A stretch of DNA of 63,862 nt, filler included, from Folioceros fuciformis (lineage: Eukaryota), in the NCBI GenBank assembly GCA_049999805.1. It is 5 parts of 4 records of this genome, joined end to end, with 100 filler letters (N's around TTAATTAATTAA, not from the genome) between each part and the next. Parts side by side here need not be neighbours in the genome. Positions count along the whole stretch, not along the records: positions 1 to 16,714 come from JBNGIO010005390.1; positions 16,815 to 33,876 come from JBNGIO010005391.1; 3 more parts are not named here. One strand, given 5' to 3'. A model generated the notes under the pieces. The model made no database searches. It was not told the DNA's origin and saw only the letters and a program-made list of their open reading frames with translations. Positions 12,901 through 25,159 of the stretch are shown here, piece after piece (position 1 is the stretch's first letter; each line of letters starts with the position of its first letter). The position numbers and the translations under genes are program-made.

Positions 12901-14424
12901 GATACTAGGTTTCTTCTTCCAAATGACTTCAAATGGCATCTTTCCTTCCACAGCGCTGGTAAGCACCCTATTGAGAATGTAGGTGGCTGTGACTACACAT
13001 TCTGCCCAATATGCCTTGTCAAGACCACTCCATGCTAACATGCTCCTGGTCATTCCAAGCAGGGTTTGATTTCTTCTCTCCGCAACACCATTTTGTTGTT
13101 GCGTGTACGAAACAATGAGTTGCCTCAAAATGCCTTGTGACTCCAAAAGGTGATTGAAATTTGCATTTACAAACTCGGAACCGTTGTCTGTCCGAATGCA
13201 TTTCAGTAGAAGACATGTCTGTCGTTGGATCATAGGAAGCCATTCACTGAACGAGGAAAAGGGGTTAGATTTGTGCTTCAACGAATATGTCTTGGAATAC
13301 AGGCTGAAGTCGTCGGTAATGGTAAGGTAGTACTTAGCCCCTCAAAGGGAGGGTACATGTATCTTCCTTGAGATGTCCTTGTGAACCAAGTCTAGGACTG
13401 AAGAGACACGGTAACCTACCTGTCTACGAAAAGGTAATTCTTTCTGTTTTGCTACGATGCAGGATTCACAGAGTGCAAGGTCCTTAAAACACTTAGGGAG
13501 TGGTTCCATGTAGCAATCAGTGTTTGCCATCTTGACAAGCTTGTTTTTGTTCACGTGCCCCAACCGAGCATGCCATAACTGTGCCAGAGCCCCGTGAGCC
13601 AATGCAACAACATGTGATATAGGGAGGGGAAAACACTGAATGTTCAACTTATACAAATGGTTTGTTAAGAGACCTTAAGCTACCACTACACTGTGACACT
13701 CATCATCTAACTCTTGTCTAGTGATGAAACAACCATCTGAGGAGAAATGAAGTTGATATCCGGGAGTTTTGAGGAGCTGACTGACCGACAAGAGGTTTTT
13801 GGCCATGTCAGGTACGTACAAAACACTATCAAGAAATAGAAATGTGTTATCCTGCAGCTTGAAACGACAAGTACCTATTCCATGTATGGTGAGACCTGCC
13901 AGTTGATGTTAATCTCCCAGCAACACTCGATCAGGTGTGTGGGATGCAACCAAGTTACTAAGCATCCATCTGTCGTTGCAGATATGGGAAGTAGCACCCG
14001 AGTCAAGGTACCTCGAGTTGGAGTCGTTGGCCATAGCTGATAGGCAAACAGTCATAACCACCGGTTGCTTGGAAGAGGAGCTGGATGTTAAAGATTTATC
14101 CTTGGAAACTGTATGGACCTCTGTCGACTTGTTCGGCTTCTCAGTCCATTTAGGTTCTCTTGATTTCTTCTTTCGACATTCACGCTCCCAGTGGCCTTCG
14201 ATGCCACACCAGTTGCAGGAGCCGCCACGCTTCTGTTGATTAGGCTGTGACGTTTTTGAAGCTTTGTTTTTTGCTCTAAATGGAGACTTTCCCTTAGATG
14301 CATAGAGCACTTTGTCTGCTCTAGTCTTTCCTGAAGAACCATGAACTGCCCGCCCTTGTTCCTCTTGAAAAAGGGCACCCACTACATCTGTGAAGGAGAT
14401 TGGCGAAGGGTTGCCAACGGCTAC
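9951..14424 (-). mobile_element. Ty1/Copia retrotransposon, degenerate, 5' part displaced by the LTR at 14425
   Basis: Domains in Copia order on the minus strand: zinc knuckle CNWCGIEGHWEREC, protease YLDSGATSHIC, LWHARLGH, integrase IRTDNGSEF...QQNGVAERRNQTL, RT EPQSYREA...KSRLVARGFS...VDDAIL, RNase H YANADWAS...KAEY. PPT at ~10256-10264 then LTR starting TGTTAGG at 10255. The LTR outer end (9951) is approximate. Many stops and frameshifts. Confidence 0.93.
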
Positions 14425-16714
14425 TGATGAAATATGACCTATTTAGGGCACTCTTCACTAGGGCACCTAAGACTATTAATTAATTTAGTTCTTAGGGCTT
14501 TAGTTAGTTTATTGAGTAGTTAGTTGTTACAACCACTTAGAGGTTAGAACTACTTATGGTTATAACCACTTAGAGGTTAAAACTACTTGTGGTTGTAACC
14601 ACTTAGCCTATATAAAGGCTTTGTACTTTCTATTATAATCAATGCATACAACTCTTTTTGTGCAAAGCTTTCTTTTATCTGCTTGCTATGTTTTGCTACC
14701 TAGAGCAGCTATGATTCTCATCATGGTATCAGAGCATTGCTGCTCTCTATTTGCATTGGGCAACTCGACATGCTGATTTACACTTCTTCTTCATTTCTTT
14801 TTAGAAGATGGATAGATTCTTTAGATTGCATGTCATAGATTGCTGCCATGTTTGCAGGTTCCCTAATCTTCAATAATGCACACTCAGTCCATCCAATCCT
14901 TGCTCCAACGCAAAGGATTCCTTCAATCCTCGCAAGTAAGGCTATTGGAAGAAGATTAAGGCTGCAAGACAAGATATAGAATATAGGAATGCAAAGATTA
15001 GAATTGCTAGGAAGTATAGCCAAATAGTAGGAGATTTCATACTTATTGCTAACTTTATTGGCTCTATTCTAATCAAAGTAGAAGATCAAGGGAGGCAAAT
15101 AGAAATTGCTAGAAGAAACTTGCTTACTATCTTTAGTTTAAGTCAAGTGAAGGCAATAGAACTCGCTCTTGATCATACCCCAAATCTACAAGCAGTTCCT
15201 CTTTCTTCTGTCTCCAATGTAGGTTCACAACAACGCAAGCAAGAAACCTTCAGTTCGATAAAGACTCTCACCAAAGAACCATGCCATCAACACACCCTAT
15301 GCAGAACAAGCATAGAGGAGTTAGTAAGAGAAGTGCGTGATCTCAATAAGCGCCTCCTTGAGCATACTGATCCACACATGCTGAGCTGTCTTCATCACAA
15401 ACCTTCTCTTACTCCTACTTGTCATCCCAACAAACACGCTACAACAGAAAAGGTTTCTCCTTGCCTTGTTCCTTGCGCCCAGTATTTCCTGCATGATGAT
15501 GAGGAAATGCGTAGGCTTTTCGAAGCTCTCTAAGCTGCAGTAGTGACCACCTGCGATGGCTGGTTCCGACGTGGAGGAACAAGAGAAGAAACAACAACAT
15601 GACGATAGGAGAGAGAGAGAGGAGAGGAAGGATCCACCCAAAGATGAAGTACGACCTTCCGTGGTGAATCACAACTATGGTGACAGTTTTAAGGAGAAGG
15701 ACAGATTCAATGGGTAGGCGTACGACGTTTGGCACTTGCGAATGCGTGCACTTTTCCGCCATCGAGATCTATGGGATGTTGTAAGTGGGTCCACACCTAG
15801 ACCACAATGGGGCTCCGAGAGCAAAGAAACTTGGAACGCTAGGGATGAAAAAGCTCAAGACCTCCTGATCAGTGGACTAGCACTAAACATGGTAAGACAA
15901 TGCAGTCAAGCAAAAACTTCTAAACAAATGTGGGATCACCTTGCTCAGTTATATTCTTCAAGAGGTGTGATGAGTATGATGACCGCGATGCGCAACCTCT
16001 TCAATCTAAAGATGAAGGAATCTGACTCCGTCGAACATCATATCAACACTTTCCAGCAAGCTAGATCTCAATATGAAGTTGCCACCAACACCTCCGTTTC
16101 CGAACTTGTTGCATTCCTTGTTCTCTTGATATCCCTCCCACCCTCCTACAGACCATTTCTCACCACCCAGAACGCTGTGGTTAGAAAAGCCCAAAAGAAT
16201 TCGGGCGGCTTCGATGTAGACGACAACCTCGACATCAGTGTCGCTGAACTCATCGGAGCTATGATTCCGGAGGAGTCCAATCGCCGCCATGAGCCCAAGT
16301 CCAGCCGATAGCAGGTGATGTACGCTGGAAGAGGCAAAGGAAGAGGACGCGGCAAAAGTTCTCCTTCCAATCGACCTGCTTATTCCACACCAAACAAATC
16401 TCATGGCGAATCCAGCTCTTCCATACCTTTTAGGGGTACCAAAAAGAGTGGAATTATTTGTAATTGGTGCAGAATTCCTAATCACATGGAAAAGGACTGT
16501 AGAAAGAAGAAGAATGGGGAACCCAGATCAGAGGCCCCGCCTGCCGCTCACGTTGCTTCGAAGAAGCACTCTTCCTCAACAGCACGTGTGCTCACTATTT
16601 GCCTTGCATCCTCTAAGCCGGCCACCGCTTATTGGTACCTGGACAGTGGAGCAACATCACATATCTGCTACAACAAAGACTCCTTCGAGTCATATACCCC
16701 AGCCACAGGCCATC
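14425..16714 (+). mobile_element. Ty1/Copia 5' part: LTR 14425-14723, PBS 14724-14735, extra ORF, gag-protease; runs into a gap
   Basis: LTR TGATGA...TCATCA is followed by a perfect PBS TGGTATCAGAGC. Gag reads RMRALFRHRDLWDVVSG...SKQMWDHL...LLISLPPSYRPF, with knuckle CNWCRIPNHMEKDC and protease WYLDSGATSHIC. Confidence 0.9.
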
Positions 16715-16814
16715 NNNNNNNNNNNNNNNNNNNNNNNNNNNNNNNNNNNNNNNNNNNNTTAATTAATTAANNNNNNNNNNNNNNNNNNNNNNNNNNNNNN
16801 NNNNNNNNNNNNNN
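16715..16814. other. Artificial contig linker (N-TTAATTAATTAA-N); also at 33877-33976, 44943-45042 and 61121-61220
   Basis: An identical 12-mer with stops in all six frames sits at the centre of each 100-nt N block. Confidence 0.95.
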
Positions 16815-18619
16815 TACAATAACTTTGTATGTATGTGCCCTCATCAATTTCTATATAACTTAGCCACGATTTGTTGTAACCTAGAACTCCAACAATGCTT
16901 GTCTTTGTTCGATGCCCACTCGTTGAAGTTGCTCCTCTATGACATTCTCCAAATAAAATGGTTGATGTTGCATGAGATAAGGGTCTGGATTTTCTCACAC
17001 ATTAGCCACATCACGCTCCCTGTGCATGATGCAAAAATTATGTAGCATTTTGCAAGCTACTACAGTTTGCACAACATAAGGAAGAGCCATATTTATATCC
17101 CTCAAAATATGCCACATGTTTTTCAAATTTCCAAACGCATTTTCAATTTTTACCCTTCCTTTGCGAAGATTTCTATTGAACCTTCGCTTGTCTGATGAGC
17201 ATGGTGTATCATATGGCTTCATAAGAAAAGACATAATTGGATAAGCACTATCACCAACAATAAAAGGCCGAACATTAGTGTTTCTAATCAATATTGTTGA
17301 CTCTGTCAAAGTATAATGTTGATGCAATCTAGCCCACACACTACTCTTCCAGAGCACAGCAGAGTCATGGACGCCTCTTGGAGGAATGCAACTTACAACC
17401 AACAAAATTTGATTATAGTCACAAACTCCTTGAAGAATAACATTGTGCATATCATGGCGTGACCAATATGCAACTGGAGTGTACTTGTTAACAGGCCTAG
17501 CAGCTAATTTGATATATGAAACATCGATTGCACCCACCATATTTGGAATTCATGTAACTGCAAAAAACTTATTTGCGCATGCTATTTGTCTTTGGCCACT
17601 TGGCATGCTAATGAACTTTGAAGCCAACTTGGATTGCTAAGGATGCTAGTAATCAGCTTGGTGTACTCTGTCACAGTGGACAGTCCAACTCCATAAGTGT
17701 TAGTGACAACTTTAGGAAATGCTCCATAAGCTAGCCTGTGCAAGACCATAGCAACTCCAAGCTCAAGTTGTAGAGGTGGCCTGTTAGACTTCTTTTGAAT
17801 GTAAGGACGCAATTCTTCCACCAAAAGCTTGAAAGTTGTGTAGCCCATCCTATACTCCCTCCTCCATTGAACATTCAACTGTTCTTGCCCCATAAGGTGC
17901 CAAGCATGCATATGTAACGGACTCCAAGTTGTATTTTGGCGTAGAAACTTCCACCAGAAGCTCATAAGGTTCCAAGCATGCATATGTAACGAACTCCAAG
18001 TTGTATTTTGGCATGGAAACTTCCGCCATAATCTCGCTGAAGAATGTTGCTCAATATCCAAATCAAAGAAATAAGCTCCAACCAATGAAAGTACTAAAGG
18101 AATAACAAAAACATGCATCATTACTCATCACAACAATGTCCCATTATGAGCTCCGAACTATAGGTTGGTCCATACATTCTACACAAAATTTCATGAGAAA
18201 GCCAAATAACATATTAAATAACATGAGATCCATGGTCTCAAGCAAATGAAGACAAGACCCAACACTAGGATTAGCGCTAGGGACACGATCACATGGGCTA
18301 GCGCTAGGCACACGCTGACAAGAGTGAAGAAGCAGCAAGGCATACAAATGAAAATGAAGAAGCAGCAAGGCATACAAACGAAAATGAAGAGGACAAGTGG
18401 AGACGAGGGTATGCATCATCTAGAAAACGAGGAGACGCTATTTTTATAGTAGATTCTTAAGATCATAAAATCACGGGTCATGGGACCACGGCTCGCCCAC
18501 CACCCAGTCCTGGGCCTTGCTGCGCAGTACAGCAACCAAAAGATACAAAAAAAGGCGGAATGTGCCCGTTCTTCACGGTGAGCCTACGTAGAACGCCGGG
18601 TTCCTATGTGAACAGCCCT
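16815..18619 (-). mobile_element. PIF/Harbinger family A, partial copy (decayed transposase plus one TIR)
   Basis: MVGAIDVSYIKL...VILQGVCD...GDSAYP...KIENAFG motifs. It is the reverse complement of 37660-39420. The TIR GGGTTCCTATGTGAACAGCCCT ends at 18619, followed by TGA. Confidence 0.92.
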
Positions 18620-18620
18620 T

Positions 18621-19060
18621 GAGACCAGCACCAAGACCTATGATCTTCTCTACGAGCCCTACTTAACGGCGGCGGCAATGAGGTTCCTGATCAAGGCGCA
18701 CGAAGGTGGACTCTAACTGTACTCGGACGGGATTGAGGTGCTGCAGATGACACACCCCAACGCGGTGGGCTATAACAAAGCCGTATGGGAGTTAGAGGAA
18801 TGATTCACTGGTGTAAGAAGTTTGGACAATGCTTTTGCAATCAAAAACTCTGCCACGAGAGAACAACTCATGTACAACGGTGAATTCTCTATTGAAGAAG
18901 TGCTAGGATTGGCTTGCATTCGTGTCCCTTACCATGGCCTCTGTACCCGTGTTCAAGCTGAATTACCTAGGCATGCAGACCTCTGGCTTCATCCCAGGAG
19001 AATGGACCTTGATCAAGGTTGATTCCATCACTGCTACAGCTTCTGCTGCACTAGGCATAG
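18621..19060 (+). pseudogene. Diverged pseudogene of the secreted beta-rich protein family, 5' end cut by the Harbinger insertion
   Basis: ETSTKT...AVWELEE*...NAFAIKNSATREQLMYNGEF...PVFKLNYL...ITATASAA aligns with the protein at 31585-32184. It has stops and a frameshift. Confidence 0.8.
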
Positions 19061-19414
19061 GTGTAGCTGTAGCTTTATCGCCAACAGGTTTTGCGTACCC
19101 TGCTAGTGCTACCAACTTGAAGCCACTGATGTATCGCAGTGGATGCACTTGCTGTCGTGTCGCAAGGTTTCTGGTTCTCACTTCAACACATTGCATATTT
19201 TGGTATGTGCTCCACAGAACTTATAACTCTTCAAGTACTGTTTTTTTAGTATTTACATTTATTCGTATTTAATTATATTTTTATTTCATGCCAATTTAAT
19301 GGTGAATATATCTTAGATATGTACAATGTGTCGACATAGGCAGAGTTCCTCTGCTCAGTGGGTGAGACCAATGAAACAACCCACTTAGAACACCCCAAGC
19401 TATACAGTTGTATT

Positions 19415-19844
19415 TGAAGGATCGCTCCAGGAGCTACATGGTGAAGGAGGAGAGGAGGAGGCAAGGAGGAGAGGAGAAAAGAGAGGTCACACTCTCACAC
19501 AGAGTCACGCAATATGCAAGGGAGCTCAAGGGGGTATTTATACCCTCTAGAAGAGCTCCCTAGGAAGCATCACAAGAAGCGCACAGGAAGTTGCGCAAGA
19601 AGCTTCGTACAGATTAGCTTAAGCTAATCTAAACTAATGGTACTTAACTAGACACTAATCTTAGACTAAACACATTAGTCTAAGCACATTGGGCTTTAAT
19701 AACCCTACAACCTCCCACTTAAAGGCCAATTTACCTTCTTAGGAGAGTGGTCTACCTCATGCCTATGAGTGTCCGAGCTTGTGCGAATTGTTCCGTAGAG
19801 AGCCCCTTGGTAAGAACATCTGCAGGGTTCTGACTGGTGTGAAC
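19415..19844 (-). mobile_element. Copia 3' end (RNase H tail, PPT, LTR 19415-19709), inverted copy of 21600-22026
   Basis: Reverse-complement match to 21600-22026 over ~430 bp, including the perfect palindrome AGATTAGCTTAAGCTAATCT at 19611-19630. Confidence 0.88.
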
Positions 19845-20454
19845 TGACAAGTATCGAGTACGCTGGTGAGCGATAGCGTAGGAAGAGATAGATTGATGAA
19901 CGCGTTACACGCCGCTGTCTTGTGCACGTGGCAGACGGTTACTAACCGTTAGGGTATTCCACTAACCTACGACCTGGACACCTAACCTACCTCAGGGTTA
20001 GATGCCCCTATATTAACACTCCCACTCAGGTCTAGAGTTAGGATGTATAATGTTTTATAGTTGTTTATCGTTTATTAGCTAAAGAAACGCAAAACCTAAC
20101 TAAAGAAACTTGCATGCTAGTAAGAGACTCGTCAGACCTAACTAGAAAGAAGCTCTTCAGTCTTCAGTCTTCGGCTTCCCAGCTCGCTCTTCGTTCCACC
20201 GCTGTGCTCCATCATAGCTCCTTGCCTGCTGATCGCATCCCCATTCCACTTGCATGCTCATAGTGCTTGATGCGCCCGAGTGCCTTCGTCAGAATGTCAG
20301 CTGTCATCGACTCAGTGGGGCAGTACAGGATCCTTACCAGGTCTTGAGCTACGGATTCGCGGATGTAGTGGTGCTCAATTCTGATCTGTTTGGTCCTGGC
20401 GTGGAAGCGTGGATTCATTGTCAGCGCTATTGCGCTTTGATTGTCGCATAGCAG
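19845..20454 (-). mobile_element. 3' end of a different Copia element (RNase H tail, PPT, LTR 19845-20018)
   Basis: LLCDNQSAIALTMNPRFHARTKQIRIEHHYIRE...ADILTKAL, then PPT GAGTGGGAG and an LTR reading TGTTAAT...TTGTCA. Confidence 0.85.
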
Positions 20455-22026
20455 GGACGAGATGGAACTTGTCCAGATGGATGTGAAGTCAGCATTTCTG
20501 CATGGTGATCTCTAGGAAGAGGTATACATGCAGCAACCAGAGGGTTTCATTGAGAAGGGCAAAGAGAATCAGGTGTGCGGGTTAAAGAAGAGACTTTCTG
20601 ATCTGAAGCAGGCACCCGGGGAGTGGTATTACAAGTTCCACTCGTTCATGCTTTCTCAAGGCTACAAGCGTAGCGATGAGGATCATTGCCTCTATACGAA
20701 GCAAGCTAAGGATGGAAGCTTGCTCATTCTGGTCCTCTATGTGGATGATATGCTAATTGCTGGGACTAACAGTGATGAGATTTCAGCGTTGAAGTCAGAG
20801 TTGAATGCTCGCTTTGACATGATAGACTTGGGAGAGGCAAGCCATATTCTTGGCATGCATATTCATCAAGACAGACAAAAGCGTTTGCTTTACTTGTCTT
20901 AGACTGAATACATTAACAAGGTGCTTCAACGTTTCAACATAGAGAACGGGAAGGTATTGAGCACTCCATTGCCTCCATATGTGAAACTTTCGAGCAAGGA
21001 TTGCCCAAGTTCTACGGAGGACAAAGCGGTAATGGAGAAGGTTCCATACTCATCAGCTGTAGGGAGTTTGATGTATGCAATGATTGTTACACGTCCTGAG
21101 ATTGCCTTTGCAGTGGGAGTGGTTGGCAGGTTTATGTCAAACCCTGGCAAGAAGCATTGGGAGGCAGTGAAAGGAGTTATGAGGTACTTGAATGGAACGA
21201 AAGCTTTGTGCTTATGTTTTGGTAGTGAAGATGCATCTGTCGTGGGATATACGGATGTTGATTATGTAGGGGATATGGACAAAAGGAGGTCCACATCAGG
21301 TTATGTCTTCATGTGCACTGGCAGTCTCATGGCGATCTCGTTTGCAATCGTGCATAACGTTATCTACTATAGAAGCCAAGTATGTTGTAGCGACTAAGGC
21401 TTGTAAGGAAGCCATGTGGCTTGCTCGTTCAGTGGGATATTTGGGGATCAAGGTTGAGCTGCCAGTGTTGCATTGCAATAGCCAGAGTGCTATCCAATTG
21501 GCGAAGAATCTGGTGTTTCATGCGAAGACCAAACATGTGGAAGTGAAGTATCACTTCATTCGAGAGGTGTTGGAAGACAAGAGGGTACAGCTTGTCAAAG
21601 TTCACACCAGTCAGAACCCTGTAGATGTTCTTACCAAGGGGCTCTCTACGAAGCAATTCGCACAAGCTCGGACACTCATGGGCATGAGGTAGACCACTCT
21701 CCTATGAAGGTAAATTGGCCTTTACGAGGGAGGTTGTAGGGTTATTAAAGCCCAATGTGCTTAGACTAACATGTTTAGTCTAAAATTAGTGTATAATTAA
21801 GTACCATTAGTTTAGATTAGCTTAAGCTAATCTGTAGGAAGCTTCTTGCACAGCTTCCTATGTGATTCTTGTGAAGCTTCCTAGGGAGCTCTTCTAGAGG
21901 GTATAAATACCCCCTTGAGCTCCCTTGCATATTGAGACTCTGTGTGAGAGTGTTACCTCTCTTTCTCCTCTCCTCCTTGCCTCCTCCTCTCCTCCTTCAC
22001 CATGTAGCTCCTGTAGAGATCCTACA
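20455..22026 (+). mobile_element. Ty1/Copia RT-RNase H remnant with PPT and 3' LTR (21735-22026)
   Basis: QMDVKSAFLHGDL...LYVDDMLIAG...VGSLMYAM...AKTKHVEVKYHFIRE, then PPT GAGGGAGG and an LTR reading TGTAGG...CCTACA. Confidence 0.93.
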
Positions 22027-22460
22027 AGGCTTTCGAGTGTAGGCTTCTTATTGTCACGTCAGGCTCACGAGTGTAGGCTTCTAAGTGTCACTTCAGCGTA
22101 CTCCAGGCTTTTTATGTGGGCACCGTCAGGCTCTTGAGTGTAGGCTTTTGAGTGTCACTTCAACGTACTGCAGGCTTTTATGTGGGCACCATCAGGCTGT
22201 CGAGTGTCTCGAGTGTAGGCTTTTGAGTGTGGGCATCGTAAAGCTCATACCTTATGTGCTGAGATTCTGAACATCATTAGGCTGTAAAGTATTTATGTTG
22301 GCCTAGATTCTGCAGAGCTATGTGCTTAGATTCTGAACATCATTAGGCTCTAAAGTGTTTATGTTGGCCTAGATTCTGCAGAGCTATGTGCTTAGATTCT
22401 GAACATCATTAGGTTCTCAAGTGTTTATGTTGGCATAGATTCTGCAAAGCTATGTGCTTG
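22027..22460. repeat. Two adjacent tandem arrays (~64 bp units, then 66 bp x3)
   Basis: GAGTGTAGGCTT...GTCACTTCA units are followed by TATGTGCTTAGATTCTGAACATCATTAGG...AGATTCTGCAGAGC x3. Confidence 0.8.
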
Positions 22461-24048
22461 AGTGTTTATGTTTGCCTAGCTTCGGCAGAGAGCTATGTTT
22501 GTGGGTTTGTCTAGGCTTTCCAGTCTCAAGCGTTTATGTTTTCCTAGCTTCTTATATTTTATGAGTCTTATTCCACAGGGGTCGATAAATAGCAGAGTGT
22601 CTTGATAAAGCTAGTAGAAGCCTGTCCCGACTTCGACAAGGATGCTCAAGCATGTCTCCAGAAGTGGAAGGACGTACACAATGATTACCAGACTGATTGT
22701 GTGCAAAACGTGTCTGAGCTGCAACCCAAGATAAGTGTCAATTTTTTGATATAGTTGATATGTACATGCATGATAGGCCCCATGTGCAATGTGAGGCCCA
22801 TGCTAATTCTTGTGGTGAGAGTCTTGTGGGTTCTAGATCCAGTGCTCGTGGTACGGTGCTAGACCATGATGTTGAGGCATCAGGTGCTGCAAGAAAACAA
22901 GCACATGGAGGCGGGAAGGCAAACGAGCTCATTGAAGATATGAACAACTAGGGGGGCAAAATTCTAGAGATAGTGAAGGAGATAGAGAATAAAAAAATGT
23001 CTTTCATGGAAAGCATGGCATAGACCATGTCATCTATTGCAATTGTTTTGCAAAGCCACTTGGCATCGTTAAAAGACAATGGAAATTGAGTTTTAGGAGT
23101 CTAAGGACTCTAGTGAATCGGAATCATGTGGGAATGCATCTCTTATCTTTCGTTTACAATGTGCCTCATATAGAGCAAAACTAAGAGCCAAAATTCTGGC
23201 ACGTCCTTCCTTGTAGCCTTGCATTCCTAGCTCTGTTCTATCCTCCAACTCATCATTGCCGTGCACAATACTCGAAGTTTGTCTAGCATGTCCACTCTTA
23301 CTTGAACTTGCTAGGCCAACTTCAAGTAAAGCTTGACGAACAGCTTTGCTTGCCTCTCGTGTTACATTTTGTTCGGAAAGACTTTGCCCAAGGTCCTCCA
23401 TGCCAACATCATCATTCAAAGCATCTTCGGCTTGCAAGACCCACTCTTCTCGGAACTTGAGCTTATGTACCAAACATATTCTATGTAGCACAAGACAGGT
23501 AGACACCATGGAAGGCATGTTCTTCAAAGCCATGTCACACCCTTTTAGTAGAATCCGGAACCAGCACTGCAACATTCCAAAGGCCCTTTCGACACACATC
23601 TTGTTACTAGATTGTATAAAATTCCAATGAGCTTGCTTCATAGAAAACCCATCTTTGCTTCCATGGAAGGGAGTGAACATGTATAGCCGGGTCCAGTACC
23701 CAGCATCTCCAAGTAAGGCGTATTCTCCCAGAGCACCTTGCTCACACATCTCTCCTATACGTGATCGCTTGAAAAGATTCCAGTCATTACAACTCCCACA
23801 CCAACCATAATCATAATTCCAAATGAAGCCCTTAGCATTGACCACTAGCTGAAGCAAGAAGGAATAATAGTCCTTTCGGTTATAATAATCAGCAGCATTA
23901 CGTTTTGGGCCAAGTATGGGTATATGAGAACCATTAATAGCACTAACTACATACGGAATGCCACAAACATCTTGCAGAAGGAAACTTAATGTAGTCATTA
24001 TGCAACTCCTTTCGCACAGCTTTGCAAAAGTCTAACACAACCCTGTGC

Positions 24049-24437
24049 ATAGTGGGGACACCAATTGAAAACACATCAACAACGACTATCAAATGATCAC
24101 TACCAACCAATAGTGGGGACACCAATTGAAAACACATCAGCAACGACTATCAAATGATCTCTACCAACCAATAGTGGGGACACCAATTGAAAACACATTA
24201 GCAACGACTATCAAATGATCACCACCAACCAACCTGTATAATGCCATGGTCACCCTCTTGTCCATTGGTGTGGCTTGGCAGAACTTGGTGTCTTGTTTCT
24301 TCATGTGGCGGGCAACATATCTTGTTTCTTCATGTGGCGGGCAACATATCTTGTTTCTTCATGTGGCGGGCAACATATCTNNNNNNNNNNGTGGCGGGCA
24401 ACATATCTTGTTTCTTCATGTGGCGGGCAACATATCT
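24049..24437. repeat. Tandem repeats inside the Harbinger C transposase (~61 bp x3 and 29 bp x5 or more)
   Basis: ATAGTGGGGACACCAATTGAAAACACATC... x3, and TCTTGTTTCTTCATGTGGCGGGCAACATA repeated across a 10-N gap. Confidence 0.85.
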
Positions 24438-25159
24438 GCACTAGTACTCAAATGACTACCAATTTACTCGCATACGAGAGATGAACATGTCCTCCGTATA
24501 TGAGCCCAACAATGTGTTCCCAAAGAAGTTGTTAGGTCTTGGAAATGCCCAAGCTCGAGGTGCCCTCCGCAACCCAAACTGTCGCCCATCCATAAGTAAC
24601 AATTGCAAGCCAAACACATAACGCAGCTAATATGCATGAAGTAGAAGTAAAGACAGGGTTGTGAAAGCTTCTAAAAAACAGTACCTTGCATAGCCATGAG
24701 AAGAGAGAGGACCAAATAAAATGTGAAGTCATTCATCACAAGCACGCTAAAGAAACCCTAAAAAGTACCAAGCCTCTAGACAAAAACCCCAACTTGCAAA
24801 TGCCTCATGTGGAAACTCATTATATAGGAGGTGGCCCGCTCAAAATAGTGTGGTCCCTAGTAAATATCTGCAGTTATTTTCTTAAAATAATTATATAGTA
24901 AAAACAAATAGGCCAGACTAAATAGATTAGGTGGGCCATGGCAAGTGAAGTAATGGAAAAGGTGGGTGGTACAAACATGGTACAAACGTGGACCGCTTAC
25001 ACCCGCGTGGACGACGAGCACGCGGTACAAACCGGTCTGACACCCGTTTGTACCACCGCTAGATGGAAACGCAGCCTTAGAACACCCCAAGCTATACAGT
25101 TGTATCATCTGAAACGGGATTTAGGGTCACACGAATGTCTTTGTGGCAGACCTTCCGAC

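Larger units (their letters stand above)
22027..25076 (-). mobile_element. PIF/Harbinger family C, decayed: Myb/SANT-like gene (+, ~22579-23090) convergent with transposase (-, ~23093-24550); left end lost
   Basis: Transposase SAINGSHIPI...YSFLLQLVV...LLGDAGY...VERAFGML. Myb-like ACPDFDKDAQACLQKWKDVHNDY...FFDIVDMYMHDRPHV. The right end GGAAACGCAGCC is followed by TTA, with subterminal GGTACAAAC repeats. Confidence 0.85.

Noticed and set aside
16759-16770. TTAATTAATTAA palindrome recurring four times
   Set aside because: It is always centred in 100-nt N blocks, so it is an artificial all-frame-stop linker, not biology.
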